Positions 9,567 to 21,662 of a DNA stretch of 64,000 nucleotides are shown piece after piece. The DNA lies in contig QPMI01000521.1 in NCBI GenBank assembly GCA_004431415.1, positions 124,001-188,000 on the forward strand, read 5' to 3'. The notes below the pieces were generated by a model that saw nothing but the letters and a program-made list of their open reading frames with translations, did not search any database and was not told the DNA's origin. This DNA is from Cyanophora paradoxa CCMP329 (taxonomy: Eukaryota > Plantae > Glaucophyta). Within the stretch, counting starts at the first letter, position 1. Each line of letters starts with the position of its first letter. The position numbers and the translations under genes are program-made.

Positions 9567-12247
9567 CTAGGCCTGGACCAGATTACTCTCGTCGGCGCCT
9601 TCAAGCGCCTGAGATGGCTCAGCGTCCACCCCGGGCTCCGTTTCCCCAGGGGGCCGCGGGGCGGGAGGGTCGCGAAACGGGGACGGCGAAACCGGCGCCG
9701 GTCGAACCTGTGACGTCCACCGGTCGAGCAGGTCGCCATTGCCGGGCAGCTGGGCAGCCCCCGCTTGGCGCTCCGATGGCTGGGCGCGAGGCCTCGGAGC
9801 GCCGCCGCCGCCGCGGAGGGGAATCACGACCCGCCCGCCGCCTCCGCCGAGGCCCAGCCCTTGCTTGAGCACGCTCACCTCCCGCTGCAGACTGCGCACC
9901 GGTTTGAAGCGGTGGGGGTCGGGTCGGGGCGGAGCGCGGAGCACCTCGTGGTGCGCTCGCGGTAGTCCTGAACGAGCTTCTCGAGGGCGGCGTTCCGCTC
10001 AGCGGCGGCGGCGGCCTCGGCGCGCTGGCGATCGCAGAAGGCGCGCAGCTGCTCGAAGGCGGACGCGGAGCGCGCGGCCTTCACGCGGTGGCGCTCGGCC
10101 CGCAGCTCGGCATCGCGAACGCGGGCCTCCAGCGCCGCCTCGCGCTGGCGAGCCTCGTCGGCGGCGACCTCGAGCGCGAGGGCGCGCTCCGCCAGCACGC
10201 AGGCGCGCAGCTCCCCGGCCGCCCCTTCCACCCGCGCCAGCTGCTCCCGCACCGCCCGCAGCTCCCCCTCCACCCGCTCCAGCTCTCCGTGCCGCCCCGC
10301 CCCCGCCTCCAGCCACGGCACGTACCCCCCGCTCAGCCAACACTTCGCAGCGGCGGCGGCGGCGGCGGCGGGCACACCGGGGCGGTGGCGATGGCGGCGG
10401 CAAGGTTGGGAGGAGGAGGACTTGCCTCACTGGAAGGCCGCAGCTTGAGCTCGAGGGCGGCGACGGCGGCCCCGCTCCCCGCGACGGCGCCCTCGATGCT
10501 CTCCAAGGCGCGTCGCAGCTGGGGTCGAGCCAGCGCGAGCGACTCTTCCGTGATGCGCCGGTACCGCGCGAGCCGCGTCGCCTGCGCCCCCAGCTCCTCC
10601 CGCAGGCCGTCCGCCTCCGCACGCACCGCCGCCGCCTCCTCCCGCTCCTGCGCGGCCAGCTCCTGCGCGGCCCGCTCGACAGGCGCCGTGCGTCGGCTGG
10701 GGAGAAGCTGAAGACGCACGCGGGCGGGGGCCGAGAGGGCGGCGTCGAGGGCGGCGCGGAGGAGGGCAGTGTCGGCCTCGCGCCGCTCCGCCTCGACCTC
10801 CTGCGGCGGCATCGGTCCGGCGGCGGGCGGCAGTGGAGTTCACGCACGAAGTAGGCGATCTGATCAAGAAGCGACTCGTTTGTTTCTTGCGCCTCCTGCC
10901 GCGCCGCCTCCAGCTCCGCCACAGGATCGCGCCCTGCACCGCCTCTCAGGCGGCGAGTAACAATGCCGCCCGCCTGCAGCTACGCACCGTCGAGCTCCGC
11001 GGCGGCCGCGGCAGGTGTCGCCTCCGCATGCCCGCCCGTCTCCTCGTGGAGCTTCCGGTCCAGCTTCGCCTGCATCGCCTCCAACAGCGCCTCCTGGTCC
11101 CGCAGCTTCCTCCGCAGCGCATTCGCCTCGGCACGCGCCTCCTCCGCGTGACCCTGCGCCCGTCTCTGCACATCCTCCGCGAGCTCGATCGTCCCCCACA
11201 ACGACCGGTGCTTCAGCACATCGAGTTGAGCAACAAATCTCCGCAGCCGCGCCTCGGCGCCGGCCGCCCGCCCCTCCGCCTCCACGCGCCGCGCCGCCTC
11301 CTCCCCGGCCCTCTTCTCTGCCACCTCGAGCCGCCGCCACATCGACTGCACCTCCGCCCTGGCGGCCGCCGCCTGCCGCTCCGCTTCGCCGCGCCGCGCC
11401 GCCTCTTCCCCAGCCGTCTGCGCCGCCGCGTCGAGCCGCTGCCGAAGCACCGCCAGCTCCGCCTCCAGCTGCATGTTCCTCCTCAAGAACCCGACGTTCC
11501 GCTCGTACCGCGTCCTTTGCTTCCGACGCCGCACCGCTGCCGCCCCGCACCCGTTAAGCACTTCCCGCGAGCTGACGAAGCGCCCAAGCAAGCGCACCGG
11601 ACTGGATTTTTGTTGCTGCGGCCCGCATCGCGATGTATACTTCGCGCCGCAGGTGCATGCGCACCACACTCTGCATGAGCGTAGCGCAACGGTTCTGGCG
11701 AACGGCACATGCGGCTGCGTGCGTATGTACTTCAACCGGCGAGCCTCGCCACCCGCAGTCCCGCGTCGGGCACCTGCTCCGCGGCCGGATCCATGCGCCA
11801 TCGTCATCAGAACTGGGCATGCGGAACTGGGCCGGGCGCCGACGCACCGGGCGCGGAGGTCGTTCACGAGGCGGGCGCGAAACGCCGAGCGGCAGATGCG
11901 CTCCTGGGCGACGACCTCGCGGCAGACGGGGCACTTCAGCTGGGCCCGCTGGTACTCGAACTGGAACGGGAAGCCCGACTCCCGCAAAACGCCCTCCGCG
12001 CACGTCCAGCACAGCGCGTGCTCGTTAGAGCACGGCAGCGAGGCCTGCGCGCGCGGGTGTCAGCGGTCGGCCTGCGCGGCCTGCGGTGTCAACGCAGGGG
12101 CCGTACCGGATCGCGCATGACGAACTTGCAGACCGGGCACACGAGCTGCAACGACTCGGCCCGCGCCTCCTCTCCATCGTCGAAGAGCTCGGATGGCCAG
12201 CCGCCGAAATCATCGCCAGCGCCAGCGGGGAGCGCCCCCCCTGCCAT
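9567..12247 (-). CDS. C3HC4 RING + TRAF-type Zn finger + IQ motifs + long coiled coil; putative E3 ligase
   Basis: Spliced: LVCPVCKFVMRDP|ASLPCSNEHALCWTC...LKCPVCRE (RING), then LRAR|CPTRDCGWRG...HAAAC, then ATLMQSVVRMHLRR and AATKIQS|AVRRRKQR (IQ-like), then E/A/R heptads. 3' end is approximate. Confidence 0.75.
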
Positions 12248-12618
12248 TGCTCGCAGCTAAGGCATGCCAGTGAACGCTTTTGCGGGTCGCTAGTCGCTGG
12301 CCTTCGTGCTGGCCCCGGTGGCCCGCCGTCAGGTGACTGTCGAACACGTGCGGCCGAAAGCGGCCGTAACAGGCTGTACCCGGATTGGCTGGCATCCGCA
12401 TCGCCGCCCAGCGCGCAGTCGAAAGCTGATCGGCGTGCGGATATCGATTGCCGTTGCGCCTTGAGCCGGACCCGCGAGGCCGCATCGTCCACTCGCCCGC
12501 GACACATTCTGCGAATCTATCCAGCGGCTTCATACGCACGCTTCAGGGTCAGTCTGTCGATCCCCCTTCCGTGCGCCGCAGCTGACGACGGCAGCCCGCG
12601 TACGCGAGCAGGGGCGCC

Positions 12619-15600
12619 ATGGACGCTGAGACGCTTCAGGCGATGTGCTCGACGATGCTTCTCGACGGGGACAAACCGGAGAGCATAATACGCAGCCTGA
12701 TCGAGCTCGGTGCGGCCCGCGCCCGCCGAAGCGAACGCGCATCGTCGCGAGCCGCACCGCTTTCAGGGGCGGACAGGGAGCAGGCGGCGTCCATCGTGCG
12801 TGAGCTTTCCGCCAACGACGACGACGAGGGCAGGAAGGTCTGTGTCCGCTCGGGCGCGTACGCAGCGCGAGCCGAACTGCGCTCTTTCGGGCGCGCAGAG
12901 CAAGCGCCTGAAGGAGGAGGAGAACCGCCCGAAGGGCGAGCGGCGCGGGAAGCGCATGCCGATCGAAGGTCCGCCGCGGATCGATATGCCCGCGCGCGTC
13001 GCACGCCGCTCGAGCCGCCGCCGCGGCCGCGCACGCAGACCTGCCCGAGAACGTCATGCTGGAGCTCTTCCGCTTCCTCCCGCGCCTCTCCTCCGTCCTC
13101 CTCTTCGCGAACGTGCGCTCCGTCCTCCACGGCCCGCCTCGCGCCGCATCCGCCCGGACCGAGGGCGCCGGGCCGGGCCGGGCGAAACGGGCCCGGGGCG
13201 CAGTCGAGCCCGGTGCTGCGGGAGCGCGTCCAGGAGTTCGTGATGGCGGAGTGGCCCCTCTCCGTCGCCCGCTTCGTCCCCGCGGCCCTCGGCATCGACG
13301 ACCCGCCCCCGCCCGCCGACCAGGTGGCCCTTCCCCCCCCCCCCCCCCCCCCGCGCCCTTCCCCGCCTCCCCCTCCGCCCCTGAGCGCGTACCCCCCCTC
13401 TCCCCGAAGGACGATTTCGAGGGCGATGCGTCCCTTCGGCTCTACGGAAAGGAGGGGGACCCCCCGGCCTGCCTTCTCGAGGCCCGGGTCCGTACCCCGT
13501 ACCCCCTCCGATTCGCCCCCGTACCCACCCCCGGGACTCGCCGTGCAGCCGCTCCTGTACGGGCTGTGGATGCAGAGCCCGGCCACGAACCGTTTCGCCC
13601 GCCGCCTCGCGCAGTCGTACCCCCTCGTCCAGGCGCCCCCAACCCCCCCCCCCCCCCCCCCGGCCCCGCCCCCCGGGGCGCCCGCTGACCGCCGCGCAGG
13701 CGCTCGAGCTGGAGGACGTGGTACCCCTCCGGCGGACGACCTTCGAGGCCATGGGCGCCGCCATGCCCTCGCTGCGCCGCGTCACGCTGTCCGTACCCCC
13801 CGCCGCCCCCTCCCCGAGCCGCCCGCCCTCCCGACCCGCCGGGCTCACAGGCGGGAGACCCGGCGGCCGCCGAGGACCCACATGGGCTGGCGTGCCTGTA
13901 CCCCGTCCGCCCCTTCTATTTTTCGCTGGGCTGATCCCCGGGTACAGGTTCGAGTCGATGGTGAAGAGGGGGGAGGGCCCGCCCCCTCCCGGTGCGCCTG
14001 TACCCGACCGGCGCGCCCGCCCTCCCTCCCCAGCCGACCCTCGCGGCAGCGGACGAATGGGAGGACGGGGCGAACGCCCTGCACCCGCACTTCTTTGGCC
14101 ACGTCCGCCCCGCCCGAGATGCCCCTCCCCTCCGAACTTCTTACCCCCCTCGCGCAGGCGCCGTGGAGCCAGCTGCTGACGGGCTGGGCGCGCACGCACG
14201 CCGCCCTCGTGTTTGACGATAGCCAGGTGCGGAGAGGAGGGGCAGCCCCAGAACACGGCCGCGCGCTTCTTCTGAAGCGCGCCCCCAGGCGGACCCCTTC
14301 TCTGCGGAGCGCGAGTTCGAGATGGAGCCGCCGGGGGCCGCGTACCCGGGGGGGCGGGGCAGGGCCCCCGCCCCCCTCGCCGACCTCCCGGACGCACCCG
14401 TGCGCCCCCCGACCCCACTCACCCCCTGGCCTCGGGAATAGGGAATAGGATAGATGCGTGGCGCCGAGCAAACATAGGCATAGGAGCAGGAGCTAACAGA
14501 CACTTCTGACTGACTTCCTCCTCTCTGACTTCCTTTCCTCGCTGGCCGTCTCACTCTGACCTCCCCCCGATCGCAGCCGGACGACTCGGAGGCGCCCCTG
14601 TTCGCGTGCGTGCCCGGCGCCCCGGGACGCTCGGGCCGGTCCAGGCTCGGGGAGGACGGATGCAGGGCTCAAGCGCCTCGCATGGGGCGCCGTGGCCCTG
14701 CGCGGCCTTCTCATCCCCCTCCCCGGCAGGTTCCCGGGCCCGCTGGAGGTCCGGGCCGGCTTCCTGAGGCGCATCCGCCTCGCCGGCGGCCCCAGGCGCC
14801 CGCCCCGCCCCGCCACGGAAGGCTTCTTCTGACGTTCTCGCCCCTCGCCCCTCCCTTCAGGTGCGGGGACGTGCTCGCGTGCCTCGCCCGGTCCCTCCCC
14901 CTCCTCGAGGAGGTCGACGTCGCCGTCGCCCCGCACGCCCAGAACCGTGCGTTGGCCGTACCCCCCGTGACTTGTTCCCCCCACCCCGCCAAGCTTTGCG
15001 CTGGGTCCCAGGGGTTGATTACGAGGTCTCGCGGCTCTACGGGGGGGTACGGGAGGCGGACTGCGTCGCGGGGGTGCTCGAGGCCTGCCCCCAGCTCGAG
15101 TGCGTACCCCCCAACCCCTCCCGCCCCCTCTATAAACACCAATCGTCTCCGGCAGGGAGCTGGACATCTTGGGGGCGGCCCACTGGCTACCATACCGCAT
15201 CTTCCGGTGCGGGCGGGCGGGCCGCGCGTCGGCGGGGGCGGGGGCATGGGCCGCGGGGGCTCTCAGTGCTCTGTCGTCCTCTCCGCCTCGAGGGCAGCCG
15301 CGCCTGCGCGGGATCCGGGTCTAGATGTCCCACCTTTGCCTCGGGAGCGGAGCCGGGGCTGCGTAGCCCCAGCTGCGCGCTTGTGACTTCCGGCCCACCC
15401 GCCCCCGCCCCCGCCCCCGCCGCGCAGCTTCGGCGACACGAGTCCGCGGCTGCGGTGCGCGCGCACACTCGGCCCCTGCCCCTGCCCGCCCCCGCGCCTC
15501 TCCTGACCCGCCCGGCAGCGTCCTGCGCATGGTCCTCCACCGGCCCGCGCCCCGCCCGCGGGCGCGCGGCCCCGCGCAGGTACAATTCCCCCACCCGCCC

Positions 15601-17812
15601 CGCCCCGCCCCGCCCCCCGCCCACGACGGGGGCGCAGATGTTCGGGGGGGCGGCGATGCACGGGATGCCCCCGGGCTTCGCCGCCGCCATGGCCAACGTG
15701 GTCCGCCCCGCCTCCGCCCCGCGCCTCTGCGGCCCCCGCAGCCGCCTCCAGTCCTTAGACTACGTCGATCTACAGCTAGCTCCCGCCTCCGCTCCGCGCG
15801 CCCCTTCCCGCCTCGCCCCGCCTCTGCGGCCGGCGCCGCCACCGCCACCCGCCGCAGCCTTAGGCCTTTCTCCTCAACGCCGCCGCGCGCCTCTGCGGCC
15901 CCCGCCGCCTCCGTCTCCACCTCCGCCGCTCACTTCTCCGCGCCAGAGCGACGACGACGAGGACGGCCTCTCGGCGCCCGCGCCCCCGCCGCCCCCACCG
16001 CAGCGCCGGCCCAAGGCCGATCCCACCAAGGTCCGCCCCCTCCGCTCTTGAAGGGCTTTTTAGATCGGATTCCGTGCTTTTTAAGCTTTCCCGTCCCCTT
16101 CTCCGATTGCCCCCCTCTCTTAATGAGTCCTTGCTTTTCTAAGCTTTCCCTTCACCTTCTCCTATTGCGTTGAGCCCTCCGCGCCAGGTCTGGATTCAGC
16201 CGGCCGGCGCAGCCCTCGCCCGCCTGGGCTCCGGCCAGGCACGCGTGCCCCTCCCCACCCGCCCCCGCCCCGCCCTTCCACCCATCCGAGCGACCTCGCA
16301 GGCGGACGCGGCGGCGTCGGCGGCGGCCTTCGCCGAGAGCCTGGCCTCCTGCAAGCGGATCGAGGAGGCGCGCTCTCTTTCCCTCTGCGCCCCGCCCCGC
16401 CCGAGAGAGAATCGAAGAACGAGAGCGCGCCTCCGCCCCACCTCTCTCCCCCGCTCAGCTTCCCGGCCCCCTCGCTCCGCCCCGCTCCGCCCGAACGGAC
16501 GAGAACCATAGAGCGCACACAGCACAAAGCGTAGAGGAGCGACGCCCCCCACCGCTTCCCCCCACTCACTCGGCTTCCTTCCCCCCCGCAGGTGAGCTTC
16601 GCGGGCTCCTCGGACGTGCTGGGCCTGCACCGCGCCCTCCGCGCCCTCCGCGCCGGCGGGCCCGCCGCCCTCTGCCGCCTCCGCTCCCTCGACCTCTCCC
16701 GGTGCGTTTTCTAGGAGCTTTAGGAGGTTTTAAGGCCTAAGCTTTCTGGAAACGAAAGGCTCGGAGCCCGAACCCTGAAGGGCGTGTAGAGAACCCTTAG
16801 GGAGACCTAAGATAGGGGGCGACGAGAAACTACGAAGCCCTGCAACCAAGGGAGCCGGAGAACTCTACGGCCCGCCGGGGGCTCGAGCTCGCTGACGTCC
16901 GGGCAGGGCGGCGGTGAGCCCGGCGCGGGAGGCGGAGCACCCGGCGCTGCGGGCCGAACGCGACCGCCACGGCGGGACCGCCCACCCGCAGGTCCCGCCC
17001 CCCGTCTTTCTCTCTACGCGCTTTCCCGGCGCTCTCGCCCCGTATACGCCTGCGGCTCCCCCTTGGCCTCCCCCCTCCCGCTCCCTTCCTTCCTCCCTTC
17101 CTGAGGGAGCTGACGTGCGGCCCCCGCGCGCGCGCCTTCGTTCGCAGGTCCACGACGAGCACCCGGACCTGCTGCAGGGCTTCTCGGCGCGCCTCGGGGG
17201 CCCCGCCCTCCGCGCCGCCCTCCTCGTCGGCCCCCGCCTCGAGCGCCTCGTCCTCCGCGTGCGAACGAAGGCCCCGCGCCCCCGGCCCCTCCCCCACGAG
17301 CCTGGCCCTAGTCCGCCAGGCCCTAGCTCGAATCCCAGCCGGAACCCTAGCTAGGGTTCGCGCGGCCCCGCCCTCACGTGCGAATGCGAGGGGCGAGGAG
17401 GCGGCCCCGCGGCCGGGCAGCCGCGGCCGGGCAGCCGCCGCCGGGCAGCCGCCGCCGGGACTCACCTGCCGCTCTATCTCGAACTCTGAACTCTAGCCGA
17501 AATGCTAAATCCTAGCACCCTAGATCCAGGTCGCGTGCGCCTCACCCTCGCCCTCACCCTCCGCCTCCGCCTCGCCCTCCACCGCCCTCAGGACGTGGGG
17601 GACGTGGACGTGGGGCAGCTGCGGGGCGCCCCCGACCGCGAGGAGGGCCTCACCGCCCTCGACCTCTCCGGCTGCCGCCTCCGCACCCAGGTCGCCCCCG
17701 GCCCCCTCCCCCCTTCCCCTCCCAGCGCCCCTTCTGGCCCCCCTGGACCAATCCGAGGACGGAGCGCTCCCCCGCCCCGCCCCCTAGACCTCTTCCAGGA
17801 CGGAGGCGCGCG

Positions 17813-17845
<33 letters not shown>

Positions 17846-20635
17846 CTTTCAACGACGACTCGCTCTGCGTCTTCCTCCTCCGTTCCTCCCTCACTCCGAC
17901 CCCCCTCCCCTCCGGCCCCGCAGGAGATGAACTGGCGCGGCTTCTCGCGCCTCACGGAGCTCGACGTCTCCACGCCCTCCTCCGTGCGCCCCGCTCCGCT
18001 TCCTTGGCCTCTTGGCTTCTCGCCCCCGCCCCGCCCCGCCCTGGAAGGCTGTGCTCGTCCCGCCCACGCCCGCCCCGCCCTCCGCCACGTCTCTGTGCGT
18101 GCGCGCACGGGCGTCCCTCACGCCCCCCGCAGGCGGCGGACCGGGAGAAGCGCAACGAGTGCGGGCGCCGCGCCCCCCGCACGAGACCGGAAGCCCGAAG
18201 CCCCTCCGCTTCGTTCGCAGGCTGCTGGACGTGGTGGCGACGTACAGCCCGCCCCTCCGCCTCCTCGCCATCGACGCCGCCAGGCCCACCGCGCGCCCCG
18301 CCCCGCCCCGCCCCGCCCCGCCCCGCCCCGCCCCGCCGGCCTCGGAAGGCTTCTGAGCTGAGGGGGAGTCTTCTTCTTCTTCTTCTTGTACAGGACCCGG
18401 GACTGCTGCCGCGGCTGCTGGAGCGGAGCGCGAAGACGCTGCGCTCCCTCTCCATCTCCGACGTCCTCCCCGGTGCGGGGGGGGGGGGGGGGGGGGGGAG
18501 GCCGGGGGGGGCGGGGGGGGGAGGCCTGGGGCGGGGGGCGGGGCCTCGGTCCCGCGTGCGCCGGCCGCCCGGGACGGGTAGAGTTGCCGAAGAAGACCGA
18601 GGGCAAGGGGGGAGAGCCCCGGCCCTCTGCGGGGGGCCAAGAGCTGACTGGGGCCGGTGGGGCAGGGGACCTGCCGGGGGCGGCGCTGCAGCGGTTCGCG
18701 GGCCTCGCGGGGCCCCTCGAGTCCTTCCGCATGCTCCGCGTGCGCCCGCCCCGCCCCGCCCCGCCCCGCCCCGCCCCGCCCCGCCACCCGGGGGCAAGGG
18801 GCGAGGCGAGGAGGCAGTCGAGGCTGTCTAGATTTCGATGCGTACATAAAGACTCTAGACGGAGCAGAGCGATGCCGGGACGCTTTGACCGACGCCGCGG
18901 GGCATGCACAGGTGCAGAACACGGCGGTGGACGCCGTCTGGCTGCGGCCCCTCCTCCGCGCCGTCGGGCCCACGCGCGCCCCGCCCCGCCCCCGCCCCGC
19001 CCCGCCCCGCCCTGGATCCGGGCTCCAGTTCTAAGCCGGGCTCCAGCGAGCCTGTGTAGCGCCCCTAGAGCAACCTAGAGCCCGTCGGGCCCCCGCCCTG
19101 CATAGCGGATCTGCGCAACCAACCTCGAGCGGCTTAGAGGTGGTCACTGGGGACGCGTAGCGCCCCCGGCCCCGCCCCCGCCCCCCCCCCCTCCCCCCCC
19201 TCCCCGCCCCGCATCCGGGCTCCTGGGCGGACCCGAGCTCCGGCCTGCATCCGAGCCCCGTCTTCCATGGCGCAGGCTGCACTACCTCGAGCTCGGCATC
19301 CCCGACTTCGACGTGCGCGGGAGCTCGAGCGCTCTAGACCTAGATCGTCCCTCCGGATCGTACCCCGTCTAGATCCGATCCCGGCGCCCCTCGCCCGCGC
19401 TCGCCGACCCTTGCGGCGGGTGTTGCTGGGAGCTCTCGGTTAGAGCTCAACATTCCACGGGGCATAGCCCGGCTTCAGACCCGCCGAGCCTAGCCTAGCC
19501 GCCTGCGTCTGCCGCCGCGGCGCGCTGACGCCTCGCGGCGGGCGCAGGTGCAGGGGAGCCTGACGGACGAGGACCTGCGCCACATCGCCGCCTGCTGCAC
19601 CCGCCTCCGGTCCCGCCCCGCCCCGCCCCGCCCCGCCCCGCCTTCTAAGCTTGCTCACCCCCGGCCCGCCCCGCCTGCCCCGCAGGAGCCTCCGGGTGGA
19701 GGCGATGTGCGACCTGACCCTCCGCGGTCCGCCCGCGTCCGAGCTTAAGACCTTAGCTTGAGCCTTGAGCTCTTAAAGACCTTAGCTTAAGACCTTAAGA
19801 CCTTATTCCGCCCGCCCCCGCCCGAGGCTAGCGCTTGAGCCTGAGCCTGAGCGCTGGGCCGAGGAGGAGAAGGGGGAGGGAGGGGTCTGAGGGCGGGGCG
19901 GGGCGGGGCGGGCAGGGCTGGTGGCGTTTTTGGCGGAGTGCGCGTCCCTGCGGCGGCTGACGGTCGCCTACCTGCACGCCACCGCCCACTGCGCCGGCGG
20001 CTGGACCCGCCCCCGCGTCGCCGAGCTCCGCCACGCGTCCGCCCGCCCGGCCCCCGCCCCGCCCCGCTTAAAAGTCTTAGCTCGAGAACAGCTTAAAAGT
20101 CTCAAAAGCCTTAGCTTAAGAACCTTAGTTTAAAAGATTAGAGCTCCGCGTGCGCCCGCCCCGCCCCGCCCCCGCTCGCCCCGCCCCGCCCCGCCCCGCC
20201 TCGATCCGCCTTAGCAGTAGCTTAGAGCCTAAGCTCGAGATTAGTATCAATACCCGCCGCGCCGGTCGCCGCCCCGGCCAGCGCCCGAGGCCCCGCACAT
20301 GCGCGCAGGTGCGGGGCGCGGGGCGTGGAGTTCGTGTGGGCCCCCGAGGGCAAGGTCCGCCCCATACATATATATCGATGGGACGCGCCGTCCCGGGGCT
20401 AGCGAGAGCTCTCGCCTCGCGTCTTGTTTCGGTTCGGGCCCTCCTTAGGCCTATGGTGGCCTACAGCTATATATAGCTAGCGATGCTTCGGCCCGGCATG
20501 CATATGGCCCCCCAGCCTGGCTGGCCATGGCCCCCTGTAGCTGGCCTCCCCGCCGTTCCTTTCCTCCGCTGACGCTTACGGTTGCGCCTGCAGCCCGTGG
20601 ACGAGGAGGGGCGCGAGCTGGAGCCCCCCCAGTAG
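12619..20635 (+). CDS. F-box/leucine-rich-repeat (FBXL-like) protein, many exons
   Basis: PIE|DLPENVMLELFRFLP F-box start. LRR-type segments: LPLLEEVDV, CPQLE, LRSLDLS, LTALDLSGC, LRSLSISD, LTDEDLRHIAACCTRLR|SLRV, FLAECASLRRLTV. Last exon PVDEEGRELEPPQ* (20594-20635). It could be two genes, since the internal exons are not all resolved. Confidence 0.7.
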
Positions 20636-21587
20636 CTAGCGGAATAGCGCCCCCGTCTCCGGAGCCGAATATCAAAGAAAATTGTAACGATGCATTAAGA
20701 TTAAGATCTAGATGCATTAAGATTAGGGGGCGCGAGCTCGAGCCCCTCCAGTAGCTACAGCGCCCCTGTCTCCGGAGCCGACTCAGACTGTGTTTCGGGG
20801 GTCGTTAGTCTGAATCACAGCGGTTGCTCTTTCACTGAATTAGTGAGTCGGCCGCGGGGCCCGGGACTAGGACAGTCACTGAGTCGGACTGCAGGCTGCA
20901 GGCGAAGTTTAAACCGTTGAACGCCTTCAGCTTGCAATTGCAAAATGTAACAATGCATTAAGATCTAGATAAGCGATGACCCCGGGCTCGCAATTTGCAA
21001 ATCATGAATATTGATCATGAATTTCATGATCGAGCCGTTCGAACTCAACATCATGGCATCGGACCGGACTCGGGCGACGGGGTAGCATGGCTAGCGCTTT
21101 CATGATCATGATATCGATATATCGATCATGATTGAATGATATCAAAGTTAACGTTTCGAATTTCGAATTCGGAATCCATTACGATCCCGAGTTGGTTCTA
21201 GACTGCCAATCAGTTCACGGCGCGGTTCTCAGAGTCTTGAGCTTGATCTAAGATAGAGCCACGGAGTTCTTCTCTGTCCGGTCGCAGTCGCGGCTGTTCC
21301 TTCAAGGCTTCCCTGAATCGAACTTCGGAAGGCTAACTATAGGCCCTCCTTGGCCTAGCTTTAAAAGTCAGAGTCGGCGCAGAGTTTCCTGAGCCTCGCG
21401 ATCGGAGCCTAGTCGGCCCGGCGGAGGCCCGACGTGCACGTGCTTAGTCTCAGGGCTCGCTGGCCGGGCCACGCTTCGCTAAGCTAAATGATCCTCGAGC
21501 TCAGCGGCTCATGTCGATGTCTTGTAATTAACACATGCAATCAGTAACTCCGAGGCTCAGTAAACGCCCCTTGATCCGCCCCTTGAG

Positions 21588-21633
21588 CTTGCGCATGCTC
21601 GCAAAACTTTCTTGCGCATGCTCGCAAAACTTT
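21588..21633. repeat. Perfect 23-bp tandem duplication
   Basis: CTTGCGCATGCTCGCAAAACTTT x2, just downstream of the GNAT stop codon. Confidence 0.95.
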
Positions 21634-21662
21634 CTCGAACTAAAATTCTTCATTCTCCTGAA

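Noticed and set aside
17815-18520. Poly-G/poly-C runs and (CCCCG)n tracts as specific G-quadruplex elements
   Set aside because: They are common in introns across the window and homopolymer lengths are unreliable, so there is no locus-specific signal.
20790-21580. tRNA, snRNA or transposon in the intergenic spacers (also 9020-9560 and 55300-56900)
   Set aside because: I found no cloverleaf, Sm site, paired C/D boxes, terminal repeats with target duplication, or transposase/RT motifs by eye. An Infernal or RepeatModeler run would be needed to exclude them fully.
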